DNA of 63,136 bases, counting the filler, from Octopus bimaculoides (taxonomy: Eukaryota): NCBI RefSeq assembly GCF_001194135.2. It is 7 parts of 6 records of this genome, joined end to end, with 100 filler letters (N's around TTAATTAATTAA, not from the genome) between each part and the next. Parts side by side here need not be neighbours in the genome. Positions count along the whole stretch, not along the records: positions 11,308 to 24,563 come from NC_068981.1; 6 more parts are not named here. One strand, 5' to 3'. Position numbers and translations under genes: made by a program. Positions 11,657 through 24,296 of the stretch are shown here, piece by piece (the stretch's first letter is position 1; each line of letters opens with the position of its first letter). The notes beneath the pieces are model-generated. The model was not told the DNA's origin, ran no database searches, and worked only from the letters and a program-made list of their open reading frames with translations.

Positions 11657-13404
11657 TATGTATCATACTTAATGTATATGCTGTAGATAGGCCAGTTATT
11701 GCAGTATTTGTCCTGAGATAACACCTCTTCTGGGCTTGCTGTGTTAAAAAGACAAATATCAGAGAGAGGCAAAAATTCATCCCAGCTGCAGCCAGCAAGA
11801 GTGACAGATGTATTTTTAATCAGCTACCCAACTGATTAAAAATATTGCCTCAGTTGCACATACTGGATTTTTAATCAGCTGGGTGGCAATTTGCAACATT
11901 AATGTTTTTTCTCTCTTTTTCCCCATATCAGAGACAACGAATTCTCACCCAAGCATGTGGCTGGCTATGAGTGCATGCCTTTAAAAAGGCTGAAATGCAT
12001 TTGCTGCATTTATGGCTACTTCTATTAGGTTGTCAAGAAAGTCCTTGCGGAATTTTAAATTTTGGTTTTAAATGATGTATTTTCAAATTAATTTACATTA
12101 AATTACTTTGACTTTATATATCATTTTAAAGCCTATTTATTGCTCTATCTAATCGTGTTACTCTTTTTCATTTTGAATAATTAGGCCATTTTTTCTGGAA
12201 CATTGAATACAACATGGACAAAAAGCAAATTCGCACAATTTTCTTATTCCAGTTCAAGCTAGGCTGAAAAGCTGCTGAAACAGCTCACGATATCAACAAT
12301 GCATTTGGCCCAGGAACCACTCAAGAAATTTTGTAGCGGTGACAAGAGTCTTGAAGATGATAAGCTTAGTGGTTGGCCATTGGATGTTGACAACGATCAA
12401 CTGAGAGCCTTAGTGGAAGCCAATCCACACACAACTGTTCAAGAGCTTGCTTCTGAATTAGACGTAACATATACGACAATTTCCAACTATTTAAAAGAGA
12501 CTGGAAAAACAAAAATACTTGAGAAATGGGTGCCGCACGAATTGAACAACAACCAAAAGAAAGCCGTTTTGAAGTGTTGTCTTCCCTTCTTTTACACAAC
12601 AAGAACAACCCATTTCTCGACCGGATTGTGACTTCTGATGAAAATGGATTCTTTACAACAACCGGCGATGCTCAGCTCAGTGGTTGGATGCTGACGAAGC
12701 TCCACGGCACTTCCCGAAGCCAAAGTTGCACCAAAAGAAGGTCACGGTGACTGTTTGGTGGTCTGCGACCAGTCTCATCCATCACAGCTTCTTGGATTCA
12801 GGTGAAACCATTACAGCGGAGAAGTACTGTCAGCAAATGGACGAAATTCATAAGAAACTCCGACAACAACAGCCAGCATTGGTCAGTAGAGAAGGACCAA
12901 TTCTTTACAACAATGCTTGGCCACACATCGCACAACTGACCTTGCAGAAGTTGAACAAATTGGGCTATGAAACTCTGCCTCATCTGCCATATTCACCAGA
13001 CCTCTTGCCTACCGACTACCATTTTTTCAAGCACCTCAACAACTTCCTGCATGAGAAATGCTTCAAAAACCAAGACAATGCCAAACACGCCTTCAAGGAC
13101 TTCATTGTCACAGGATATTTATGCTACTGGCATAAATAAACTTGTTTCGCATTGGCAAAAGTGTGTTGATTTTGATTGTGCTTACTTCGATTAATAAAGT
13201 TTTGTTTGAGCCGAGATATGTGCATCTGAATTTAAAAGTTAAAAACTGCAAGAACTTTCTTGACAACCAAATAAGATGAATATATGTGCCCCTCTGGTAT
13301 TTATTGTCTTTTTAAAACAGCAAGTCTATAAGTAATGTTATCTCAAGACAAATACTGCAATAACTAGCCTATCAACAGTGTGTATACATTAAGTATGATA
13401 CATA
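11657..13404. mobile_element. Long-TIR element (arms about 115 bp) interrupted by a mariner
   Basis: 11657-11770 (tatgtatcatacttaatgtata...gataggccagttattgcagtatttgtc.tgagataac...) is the reverse complement of 13288-13404. Confidence 0.8.
12025..13271 (+). mobile_element. Full-length mariner (Hsmar1/cecropia-like, DD34D), inactivated
   Basis: TA|TTAGGTTGTCAAGAAAGTCCTTGCGG ... CTGCAAGAACTTTCTTGACAACCAAA|TA, 1247 bp. ATG at 12214 gives MDKKQIRTIFLFQFKLG*; also WVPHEL, VTSDEN, YSPDLLPTDYHFFKHL, with stops and frameshifts. Confidence 0.95.
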
Positions 13405-13847
13405 GACAGCTATGTACATGTGTGTGTATAGGCACTGTTGTAATATTCGGGTTTATCTTCTATCCTAAATAATAATAAGAAGAGCTTTTCCTATTGTTTT
13501 TATAATGATGTGTGTTGAAAGACCAGCAGTTTTTTGTTTTTTTGTTTTTGTTTTTTTTGCAAATTATTATAATTACTTTAAACTGTTTTGTAGTTTCTGA
13601 AGAGTTCTTGAACTCTTTCCAATCTCGATATTAAACAAATTTTTTTTAAATGATTCCAACTTGGGGGTTAATTTAGAGTGTGGTCTGTCTCACTATCAAA
13701 TAAATGAGGTGAAAGCTAAATGAAACAAAAAGGACAAGCAAAGTAGTGATTAACTACAAAAAAAAAGGGTAGGGGATTTTGCTTTAAAGCCCCAATGTGC
13801 TAAATTGTAACTGCAAACTGAGTATCATGCAAACCAAAGAGAAACTG

Positions 13848-13879
<32 letters not shown>

Positions 13880-13980
13880 CTTCCACATTTTTATGGTGAC
13901 ACTGCATGGTTAATGGTGATATATTTACTTTTATAAACAATATGTCTGTATCTTTGCTTCTTTTGCTTTGTGAAGATCAG

Positions 13981-14010
13981 TGGAAGAAAAATACCTTACT
14001 TGAAAAGCAA
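13981..14010 (+). CDS. 30-nt microexon of the unidentified plus-strand gene
   Basis: Pyrimidine tract ...gatcag| and |gtgagg. Phase 2/2, reads GRKIPYLKS(N) in frame into the 15478 exon. Confidence 0.5.
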
Positions 14011-15477
14011 GTGAGGATTAACAATAAGAAGGATACTTGACCATAGAATACTGCCCTAAGTTTGGCCAACCCATACTAGCATAGTAAAAAAAAAAAATAT
14101 GGTGTGTGTTTTATCACTGTCACCATTTTAAAATCCACTTTTCTATCTGACTTATGTAAATGAGGTCAATTTAGTACTGCTGGATGCCCCTCCTGTCACC
14201 AATACTTACTTTATTCCCAGCAAAGTAACATTTCCCCATGGCCTGACATGTTCTTATGTCATGAAAGGTTGGAGACAAACAACACCAGTCAACAGAGCAG
14301 CCTGCTTGTGAAATTAATGTGCACATGGCTGAGCACTCCACAGACACGTGTACCCTTAACATAGTTCTCAGGGAGATTCAGTATGACAGAGAATGTGACA
14401 AGGCTGGTCCTTTGAAACACACGTACATGTCATTTTTGCCAGCTTAGTGGAATTGGAGCAACATGAAATTAAGTGTCTTGCTCAACGATGCAATGCATCA
14501 AGTGGAAATTGAACTCATGACCTTACAATCACGAGTCAAATATCCTAACTACTAAACCACATGCATACATACACACACACATACTCTCCCTCTCTCTCTC
14601 TCTCCCCCTCTCTCTCTCTCTCTCCCTCTCTCTCNNNNNNNNNNNNNNNNNNNNNNNNNNNNNNNNNNTAAACCACATGCATACATACACACACACATAC
14701 TCTCCCTCTCTCTCTCTCTCCCCCTCTCTCTCGAAGGCTATAATTATCAGTGAGAAAACCCAAATATCAGTGCTTTAAAAACAAAGTTTCTTGTGTTGCT
14801 CTTAATCAAGTACCATACACTTGCTCATCACACTTATGGTCAGCTCTTGACTGGCCCTTTGTTGAAATCACAAACTTGTTCACAAACTGCAATGTAATGT
14901 ATAAATTTTTAAGTAAACAGAGCAGAGATATTTTTCAAGAAAAACAAATAATGAAAATGCCACTGTTTTGATGCCAGGGTTTCTTTTAAGCTTACCATTT
15001 GACATTTTCAGAGATTCACATAACATTACAAAACAGTAATGTTTGATATTACTTTTACATGGTTGTTCTATGCAGAGCAAGTGTTACTACATTTTAACCC
15101 CAGGAAAACCATTTCCCACTTTGTTTATATATTGCGAGTAAGGACGGATAGCTGCCATCTCTAACAGGCAAACGTCCAGTACTGAGAAACCAGCCAGTCT
15201 ACTGGTTTTGCTGTTGGATTGGGAGTGGTTCGCTCCCTTACTTGCAATAAAACAGACACAAGTTGTGTGTCATTAACCAGCAAGAAAAGATGTTTTCCTG
15301 GGATTAAAATGTAGCAACATTTGTTCTGCATAGAACAGTCATGTAAAAGTGGTATCAAACATTACCATTGTGCATTTTCCTTTCTAGTAAAAATTACAAA
15401 CTCAAAAAATATATATACTATGTACTGTATAAATGCAAGTGCTCTATGCATTGATAGTAATTTATTTCTAATATCAG

Positions 15478-15671
15478 TGGCTTGCTTGAGCTTGAGAATT
15501 GGAAGAATATGGTGGAGGAAGAAATTAACAGTGATGAAGAAGAAATTGACAGTAATGAAGAAGAAATCGACAGTAATGAAGAAGAAACTGAGGAGCCCTT
15601 GACTTTGTTGATAAATGCATTAGGAGATGAGTGTTTCTCACCGATAGATCCAGACACATTAATCAATCACG
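15478..15671 (+). CDS. Acidic exon of the unidentified plus-strand gene
   Basis: atatcag| ... CACG|gtaagt. Encodes GLLELENWKNMVEEEINSDEEEIDSNEEEIDSNEEETEEPLTLLINALGDECFSPIDPDTLINH; phase 2 to phase 1. Confidence 0.7.
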
Positions 15672-16410
15672 GTAAGTTGGTCCACTTGAAACATTTGTGT
15701 AACATAACAGTGGGGATTGGGCATTGATTGTGAATTTCAAGTGTGGTATAGAATCTGTGAGGTTTAAGTACATAGCCTAGTGGTTTTAGAGTGTTGCACT
15801 TACAATCACAAGATCATGATTTCAATTCCTGGACTAGGCAGTTCATTGTGTTTTTTCATGAAACACTTCATTTCATGTTGCTCCAGTCCACTCAGTTGTA
15901 AACTATTGACCCTACAATGGACTGGTGTCCTGTTCAGGGGTATGTTGTAATTTCAATGACTTTTACACCATGGAAACCCGATAACTATCCCTATGAGTCT
16001 TAGAATTCATGATAGTAATGTAAAAAAAAAAAAAAAAATCATGTTAGGTTGCAGTGTTAACAACAGTGCAAGATATTACTCTGCTTAAGTGCTTATATTT
16101 TATGGATGTATTGTTAACTATATAAATGGCATCCAACTGTAAAATTATTTTGAAATGTGAAATAAAGATAACTACCACTCTAATACATTTGTGTAATTCT
16201 CTCGTGATAATACACAGCAAATCGGCACAGTTGTTAGAATATCTTGTATTTGCTCTAGCTTCTTCCATTCTGAGATCGAATCCCATGGAGATTGACTTTG
16301 CCTTTATCCTTCCAGCATCATTATAAGGTTCTTTGTCATGACCATTTGTTTCGCACCTATAAAGTACTTAGCTCTCTAGGTAACTTGTCAGACTTGTACC
16401 TCCTGCCATT

Positions 16411-16472
16411 TGTGTCTGACGAGTCACCTATACAGCTAAGTGCTATATAGGTGTGAAACCAATGGTCACTCT
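16411..16472 (+). ncRNA. Minimal type-I hammerhead ribozyme motif (Penelope-type)
   Basis: CTGACGA (16416-16422); stem II cacctata/tataggtg plus agc/gct; GAAA (16455-16458); near-palindromic stem III acc-aat-ggt; GUC site (16465-16467). Stem I is weak (gt/ac). Confidence 0.6.
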
Positions 16473-16643
16473 CTGACCAGCCATAACAAACAACCTTCTA
16501 AACATTACTGCTTTAATGTTTTAGAGTGTACTTCTTTTATGGATAAAATCCAAAATTACAGGTAAGAACTCAATTAAAATCAATTTATTAAAAATTAAAA
16601 TTAAATTAAGTTTCACAGAGTAAAATATATATAGATATATAGA

Positions 16644-17162
16644 TTTAGGGAAAAGAACCAAGGTTCATGAACTCATCGATGAAAATCCACTGTCACATAT
16701 AGAAAAAATTTATAATTAAAAACACAATAAATGAGTATAATATAATACAAAGTAAATATCATAAGATAAAGATAATAAAATGACTACACGTGTTTCATAA
16801 CCAATTTTCAAATAGAAACAAAATTTAAATCTATCAAAAATATAGCTAATCTTCAGGTCAAAATACAACAATAATAATAATAAATGAATGTATATATCAA
16901 CCAACAATAAATACAAATGAATTTATATAAAATACTTATTGTATAACGATAGAAAAATATTATTTAAAATATCAAAATAATAAACATTCCATAATCAACC
17001 CTACGTCCATTATAATATATGCTAACAAGTATATTATATACAAAAACCAGCTTAAATAATATTGTATTATATTCATTTATTGTGCTTTTAATTATTAATT
17101 TTTCTATATATGACAGTGGATTTTCATCGATGAGTTCATGAACCTTGGTTCTTTTCCCTAAA
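16644..17162. mobile_element. Inverted-repeat element (arms about 100-110 bp, AT-rich spacer)
   Basis: tttagggaaaagaaccaaggttcatgaactcatcgatgaaaatccactgtca.atatagaaaaa... recurs as its reverse complement at 17066-17162. Confidence 0.85.
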
Positions 17163-18257
17163 GCTATATATTTTTATATATATACACACACACTCCCATA
17201 TTTTGGCAGGATCATTAGAGCATTGGACTGCATGCTTTGTAGTATTTCTTTCAGCTCTGTATGTTCTGAGTTCAAATCCTATTATACCTTTAGCTTATAT
17301 CTACTCTCTTGTAACACCACCACCTGGTGCTTAGGAGCATTTTGGCATACTCTACTCATTTGCAGAAATCTTGTTTGACAAGGAAACTATCACTTTACTC
17401 ATTTTTAAAATATTGGAATAAGATATATTCATTATGAATTCTACAAAAAAAGATGTTTATTTTTGTCTATTCCAGAAATTTTTTTTATTTTATTCGTAAT
17501 TAGTTTACCTCAACATGATTATATTTGTACGATCTAATGATGGATCATAACTTACTTATAAAATAACTTTTAGATCCTTTCATTGTCTCCTGTTATCTGA
17601 AAATTACTTATGCCATGACATTTCTAACATGTTTAATAATTGTTTCTGCCTTACTTAAAATCTGTATAATAATAATACTTGGTACTCTTTCTATTTCAAT
17701 ACTAAGTAGTGTTGTGGTTAAGAATCTCGCTTTATAATCATGCAATTTAGGGCTCAGTCCCACTGCACAGCACCTTGGATAAGTGTCTTCTACTATAGCC
17801 TCAGGCTGAGCAATGCTTTGTGAGTGAATTTGATAGACAGAAATTATGGTAGCCCATCATGTAATTACATCTGTGTGCATGTTTGTGTTTGTGCCCTCCT
17901 CTCACTACTCAACAACTTGTGTTGGCTAGGGTATTGGACTGACAATCATTAGGTCATGAGTTTGATTCCTGGACTGGGCAGCATGCTCTGTCATTGAAAA
18001 AGCACATGATTTCATATTTTCCCAGTCTACTGTGCTGAAAAATTCCTCCTACCAACTTTTTCATCCTCAGTGTTCTACTAAGACAAGGGAGATAGAACCA
18101 AGACAGTGTCTATATGTTTTAGTCACCTAAAACAATTAGCAAAACACATGGTACAAGCTACTGGGCTATTCTCGTATGCAAGTGATAATTATGCAATCAA
18201 TTATAGCATATATTATACCATGCAGATGTTATTAAAAATACATATATATATATATAT

Positions 18258-19926
18258 ATCATCATCATCATCATCATCGTTTAACGTCCGCTTTCCATGC
18301 TAGCATGGGTTGGACGATTTGACTGAGGACTGGTGAAACCGGATGGCAACACCAGGCTCCAGTCTGATTTGGCAGAGTTTCTACAGCTGGATGCCCTTCC
18401 TAACGCCAACCACTCAGAGAGTGTAGTGGGTGCTTTTACGTGTCACCCGCACGAAAACGGCCACGCTCGAAATGGTGTCTTTTATGTGCCACCCGCACAA
18501 GCCAGTCCAGGGGCACTGGCAACGATCTCGCTCGAAAATCCTACAGGAGCCAGTCAGGCGGTACTGGCAACGGCCACGCTCAAAATGGTGCATCTCATGT
18601 GCCACCCGCACAAGAACCAGTCCAGGGGCNNNNNNNNNNNNNNNNNNNNNNNNNNNNNNNNNNNNNNNNNNNNNNNNNNNNNNNNNNNNNNNNNNNNNNN
18701 NNNNNNNNNNNNNNNNNNNNNNNNNNNNNNNNNNNNNNNNNNNNNNNNNNNNNNNNNNNNNNNNNNNNNNNNNNNNNNNNNNNNNNNNNNNNNNNNNNNN
18801 NNNNNNNNNNNNNNNNNNNNNNNNNNNNNNNNNNNNNNNNNNNNNNNNNNNNNNNNNNNNNNNNNNNNNNNNNNNNNNNNNNNNNNNNNNNNNNNNNNNN
18901 NNNNNNNNNNNNNNNNNNNNNNNNNNNNNNNNNNNNNNNNNNNNNNNNNNNNNNNNNNNNNNNNNNNNNNNNNNNNNNNNNNNNNNNNNNNNNNNNNNNN
19001 NNNNNNNNNNNNNNNNNNNNNNNNNNNNNNNNNNNNNNNNNNNNNNNNNNNNNNNNNNNNNNNNNNNNNNNNNNNNNNNNNNNNNNNNNNNNNNNNNNNN
19101 NNNNNNNNNNNNNNNNNNNNNNNNNNNNNNNNNNNNNNNNNNNNNNNNNNNNNNNNNNNNNNNNNNNNNNNNNNNNNNNNNNNNNNNNNNNNNNNNNNNN
19201 NNNNNNNNNNNNNNNNNNNNNNNNNNNNNNNNNNNNNNNNNNNNNNNNNNNNNNNNNNNNNNNNNNNNNNNNNNNNNNNNNNNNNNNNNNNNNNNNNNNN
19301 NNNNNNNNNNNNNNNNNNNNNNNNNNNNNNNNNNNNNNNNNNNNNNNNNNNNNNNNNNNNNNNNNNNNNNNNNNNNNNNNNNNNNNNNNNNNNNNNNNNN
19401 NNNNNNNNNNNNNNNNNNNNNNNNNNNNNNNNNNNNNNNNNNNNNNNNNNNNNNNNNNNNNNNNNNNNNNNNNNNNNNNNNNNNNNNNNNNNNNNNNNNN
19501 NNNNNNNNNNNNNNNNNNNNNNNNNNNNNNNNNNNNNNNNNNNNNNNNNNNNNNNNNNNNNNNNNNNNNNNNNNNNNNNNNNGCAAGGTCATCAGCATAG
19601 AGGAGCTCCCAGGGGCAACCTGTCTTGAACTCCTCTGTGATTGCCTGGAGGACTATGGTAAATAATAGGGGGCTGAGGACGGAACCTTGGTGGACCCCTA
19701 CCTCTACCCGGAATTCATTGCTGTACTCATTTCCAACCCTCACCTTACTGGCAGCATCTCTGTACATGGCTCGCACAGCTCTCACTAACCATTCTTCTAT
19801 CCCAAGTTTCCTCATTGACCACCAGATAAGGGATCGGGGGACCCTGTCAAAGGCTTTCTCCATGTCAACGAAAGCCAGGTACAGAGGTTTATCCTTAGCT
19901 AGGTATTTCTCTTGCAACTGTCTCAC
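18258..19926 (-). mobile_element. 5'-truncated RTE-type LINE (RT fragment, gap, 3' UTR with (GAT)n tail)
   Basis: 19583-19926 encodes AFVDMEKAFDRVP...GVHQGSVLSPLLF...LLYADDL. 18258-18629 is the 3' end, finishing (on its own strand) aagcggacgttaaac(gat)n. (TA)n flanks both sides. Confidence 0.92.
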
Positions 19927-20202
19927 TTATATATATATATTAGTGAGGGAAGCAATATTAATACCCAGAAGTAAATGTGGGTGTTCTGTTAGAACAAACT
20001 ATACTGCAGTAGATACCATAAGAGAAATTCAAATATTGGCTTTTGGTGCAAAATGCACTCTTGTTTTTATTGCTAGTTTATATCACAATTCTTGTGTTCA
20101 CATAAAACAAACTATCCTACAATAATCAAAGCTAAGAAATATAACATGGCAATAAATATGAAAATAGTTTCATTGCATTCTGTTTCTGAAATTTTGTAAC
20201 AG

Positions 20203-20317
20203 GTTCACTCGAGGATGTCTCCATTGAAAACTTAGAAAGTAAAATAATGAGTTTATGTAATGAAGATGTTGTGATCAAACCCGAAGAAAACAAGATATTA
20301 GAAGAAACTGCTAGTTG
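20203..20317 (+). CDS. Exon of the unidentified plus-strand gene
   Basis: tttgtaacag|. The phase-1 start joins the 15671 donor in frame: (G)SLEDVSIENLESKIMSLCNEDVVIKPEENKILEETAS. Donor TG|gtatag. Confidence 0.65.
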
Positions 20318-21473
20318 GTATAGTTTCTCTCATTATTTGAATTTTGAGAATATATATATATTTTAATTCATTCTAATGCTTTCTTCCATTGTTCATTTTT
20401 TAAAGGATGGTACCAAGGTTCAGGTTTGTCTAGAAGTGCAATGCTCAAAATCATAATATCCAATTCAAAAGTAAGTGGAATGTTGTGAAATGTTAATTTA
20501 TTACTTTTATACTTTTATGTAATTCTTGTAAACACTCAGAATGGATTTTTTGTTTTCTTTTTTTACCATATGCATCCAACTTTGCAGTGAAGGTAACTTT
20601 GAGAAACTATCCTCCATATTTTCATGGATTATTGTGTAGAAAGTTTGTGGCTTACTAGTTACGGTATTGAGCTTACATAGGTTTGATTCCTGGACCAAGT
20701 GGTACAAGTTACATCATTTCTCATTGCTCCAATTTACTCAGCTAAATAAGAGTACCAACTAACTCTGGTGCAGCCCTTTCTACAGCTATTACACCCTCAG
20801 TGCTCTGAGCTGAGAGTCAACCCAGATGTCTGTCTGCTTGTGGTCACAAAGGCACCTGAAACAATTTCTACATGCTATTAGGCTTGTACATATTGCAAGT
20901 GGCAGCTAATGTTTCCTTTTTATTGTTAGAGAAAGGATAATCCTGCTTTGTGACATTTTCTGCAATAGTTCCTTTGCAAAATAGCTGTTGCAGTGGGAAG
21001 TATCTTGTGTAAGAGTCATCTACAGTTATGGAATGAGTTCTGGAGTTAAAATAGTCACTATGAATGTAAGTGTCAGATACTTCCATATAATAGTAAGTTG
21101 TCACCTATGGCTCAGCTTGAATTCCTAGTTGGAGCCATCTCAATTGCATCATGAACACATTGAAAAGAAATGGATACCACAAAATTGCATATTCTTAAAT
21201 CCATGAATTTAATGAGTTATTCTTAAATTAAAGCCAAATATTTTATGCATGTATATATATATATATATATNNNNNNNNNNNNNNNNNNNNNNNNNNNNNN
21301 NNNNNNNNNNNNNNNNNNNNNNNNNNNNNNNNNNNNNNNNNNNNNNNNNNNNNNNNNNNNNNNNNNNNNNNNNNNNNNNNNNNNNNNNNNNNNNNNNNNN
21401 NNNNNNNNNNNNNNNNNNNNNNNNNNNNNNNNNNNNNNNNNNNNNNNNNNNNNNNNNNNNNNNNNNNNNNNNN

Positions 21474-21540
21474 TACAGTGTATCGCTGACAATGACAACA
21501 AACTACAGCAAACCACTACAATGAACACTAGAGAACTATG
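21474..21540 (+). CDS. Possible exon, may begin inside the gap
   Basis: ...CIADNDNKLQQTTTMNTREL, then TG|gtaata (phase 2). The 5' boundary is unresolved. Confidence 0.3.
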
Positions 21541-21643
21541 GTAATATTTTCTTCAGTGTATATTTTAATAACATTCTATCTTAAATAATATGCAATAAAC
21601 ATGGATTTGTTTCTATGTTAACCTTATATTCAGACAGACTTAA

Positions 21644-21865
21644 CCCTTTCGATACCAACCCAGCTAAAACTGGCTCTGACTCTGTAGTACAAATGTCTTA
21701 TTTTCAGAAGTTCTGAATTAAAATCTTCTGCCAAACCTTAGTCACAATTTATGTTCCTAACACTAGCTTAATGATAACTAAGTTATTTTACTAAATTCTT
21801 TGTAATATTTAAAATTGATTGAAAGAAACACAGAGCATCTCAAAATAAATATGATAACGAAAGAG
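21644..21865. mobile_element. piggyBac-type MITE
   Basis: TTAA|CCCTTTCGATACC ... GATAACGAAAGAG|TTAA. Confidence 0.8.
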
Positions 21866-22699
21866 TTAAATAAACTTTGTCATAGTAGAGCCAACAGAGA
21901 GATGAGCTGTAGATGTTACACATAAAATGCTCTTTTGATTTTTATCGATCTATAGCAATGATTCATGGGCTATTAGTTCAGACTGAATTCAATTCAGTGG
22001 GTTAATGTGCTGGTACATTTTTCTTTTTTCTTTCTACCAAATGAAGAAAATGGATGTTAAACTAATTCTGGTTTAACACTAACTGCTGGTATGGTGGCTA
22101 TTGAGTTTCTTTAGCAGAGTCCACTTTGTTGCAAGAACTGAGACCAGCCCTTGAATTTAAAGATACCTTACTCTCACTAGTTTGAAGCCCCAAAAAAGTA
22201 AATGTGTCACTCTTTTCCTTCCCTGACTAAGCCATAAAATATATACTTTTTGTCTTTTTTACCAGAAATGTTCTGAATTGAATTTCTATTGATGAGTTAC
22301 ACCTAGTGACATTTATTAAATATTACTAGCCATTACTGATATATTACTGTGGTTTTTCATTTCATTTGTTTATAAATCTAAAATGTGTTTTTTTGTGAAT
22401 TTGCTAAATCACACATAACAAGCTAATCTACATACCACTACAGTTTCTACATCACTCTGAAATATGGTATCTCAAAATATGAGTTTGCATTCTGTCTGTA
22501 TTCATCTACAAAGCCCAACCATCTACTAGTAATTTTTTTTTTTGATTTTGCTCTATCTTGTATGTTCTCTAACTAATAATGTAACAGAATTCCTTTATTG
22601 GCATTTCAACTGTTGTTCATAAAATGGGACTATATGTTTTATAAAAGGTTGTTATTGAAACCTCTAGTAATAGAAACCAGATTTCTTACAAATCACACC

Positions 22700-22960
22700 C
22701 CTTATCATCATCATCATCACCACCATCATACGTCTGTTTTCCATGCTGGCATGAGGTGGATGGTTTGACCATAGCTGGTAAGGCCCCAGGTCACACCAGG
22801 TATCATTGTCTGTTCTGGCTTGGTTTCTATGGCTGGATGCCCTTCTAAATGCCAACCACTTTACAGAGTGTACTGGGTGCTTTCTATGTGGCACTAGCAT
22901 CAGTGCTTTTAATGTAGCGCCAGCACTAGTGCTTTTTATGTGGCACCAACACCAGTATTA
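22700..22960 (-). mobile_element. Diverged RTE-associated 3'-end copy
   Basis: (atc)n followed by cgtctgttttccatgctggcatg...gctggatgcccttct.aa.gccaaccact. Confidence 0.7.
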
Positions 22961-23678
22961 ATTCTGTCTGAGTGGATGGGTCTTCTTGAATACAGCAAAG
23001 TGCCAGATATCAAGGCTTGATGGAGGCTAATCTGGGATTAAACAACAACAGTTTAAATCTGCTATCAAGTTACAAATCTTTCTGTTTTTAAATTCAGATA
23101 TTTAGGATGTGTCAACTTTAACCATGGCATACTGTTCAAGATTTCAGCACAATAATTCTCTCTAATTAATTCAATATGATCATAAAATTGCAGTTACAAA
23201 TGGAACAACATTCTACAAAATACATTGCATAAACAGCAATGCAATTCAGTTGATCACTTCATACAATGGTGTGACACATAAAAGTCAAATGACATCAAGT
23301 ATTTTTATAATTACTCCAAGTTAGAAAATACTATGTAAGAAATCCTCATAGTGGGTAGCACTGTTAGACATTATTGTGCTTTTGACATGCCGTTCTAAAG
23401 ATGAGGTTCAGCCATTGCATTAGCATAGTGTTAACTATGCCTACTTTTCATTCAAATAAAATATATTATGCTTTTGATTGCAACATCTTTAGTAAAATAT
23501 AAACTCCATTGTACTGAATATCCCCCTTAAATCTCATCATTGTGAAGGAGTGTATAACTGTAAATTATAAAATATTATAAACTATTTTCCTGAAAGTATT
23601 ATATATGTGGTTTAAATTTCTGTTCATCTTGTGATCATCTATTAATCTAAAGTCTTTTCTCCATCAAAATGACAACAG

Positions 23679-23764
23679 TATTGTTCCACAACCAAATACA
23701 TCATCATCATCATCATCAGATGGAATAATTCCAGTAAATCCTTCAGTCATTTTTAATCAAAACG
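23679..23764 (+). CDS. Ser-rich exon of the unidentified plus-strand gene
   Basis: IVPQPNTSSSSSSDGIIPVNPSVIFNQN, strong donor AACG|gtgagt. The acceptor is at 23679 (phase 2, compatible) or 23653 (phase 0). Confidence 0.6.
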
Positions 23765-23988
23765 GTGAGTTTACTATTGTTGACATTTAAATATGTTTGT
23801 ATCTATGTTCATAAATACAGCACAAAACAAAATTTTGAAAGCCAAGAATTAAACCAAAATTCAGTTTAAGCATGTTAAAAGACATCAGAGAAACTTTATA
23901 CTGATCCTATGCAGACTTACATTTTAAATCTCTCTTCTTGTAACAAATTAATCTCTTAAATTTATCCTCCTGTTTTCTCTTTCTATAG

Positions 23989-23996
23989 CTAGAAAT
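23989..23996 (+). CDS. Candidate 8-nt microexon
   Basis: tgttttctctttctatag|CTAGAAAT|gtaagtag. Converts phase 1 to phase 0, linking 23764 to 27153. Confidence 0.4.
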
Positions 23997-24296
23997 GTAA
24001 GTAGTTGATCATTCTGTCCAATTGTTGTTGTGTAACCCAAGTCCCCAGGATAAGCCAAGAAATAAAAAGGAAAAGATAGAATTGGATTAGACATGTCTTG
24101 AGAAAGAAACCCTAAAGCATATTTTATCATAGAATTACTACTTTCTGTGAACCCTGCACTGACAAAGTTTGTGTCCCAGTAATGGAATATTAACATATTG
24201 TCCACTCAGTGTTTGTAATTTCTCATCTACAGTTGATAAGATATACTGAACAATATAAAGCAATGGAATAGTCAATAGTGACTTAAAGTGGATGAC

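Noticed and set aside
14545-14735. Direct repeat on both sides of a small gap
   Set aside because: Near-identical overlap around Ns: unmerged contig ends.
18318-18350. CTGAGGA-ctggt-GAAA-cc in the RTE tail as a hammerhead
   Set aside because: No stem II, no NUH after stem III, and it is antisense to the LINE.
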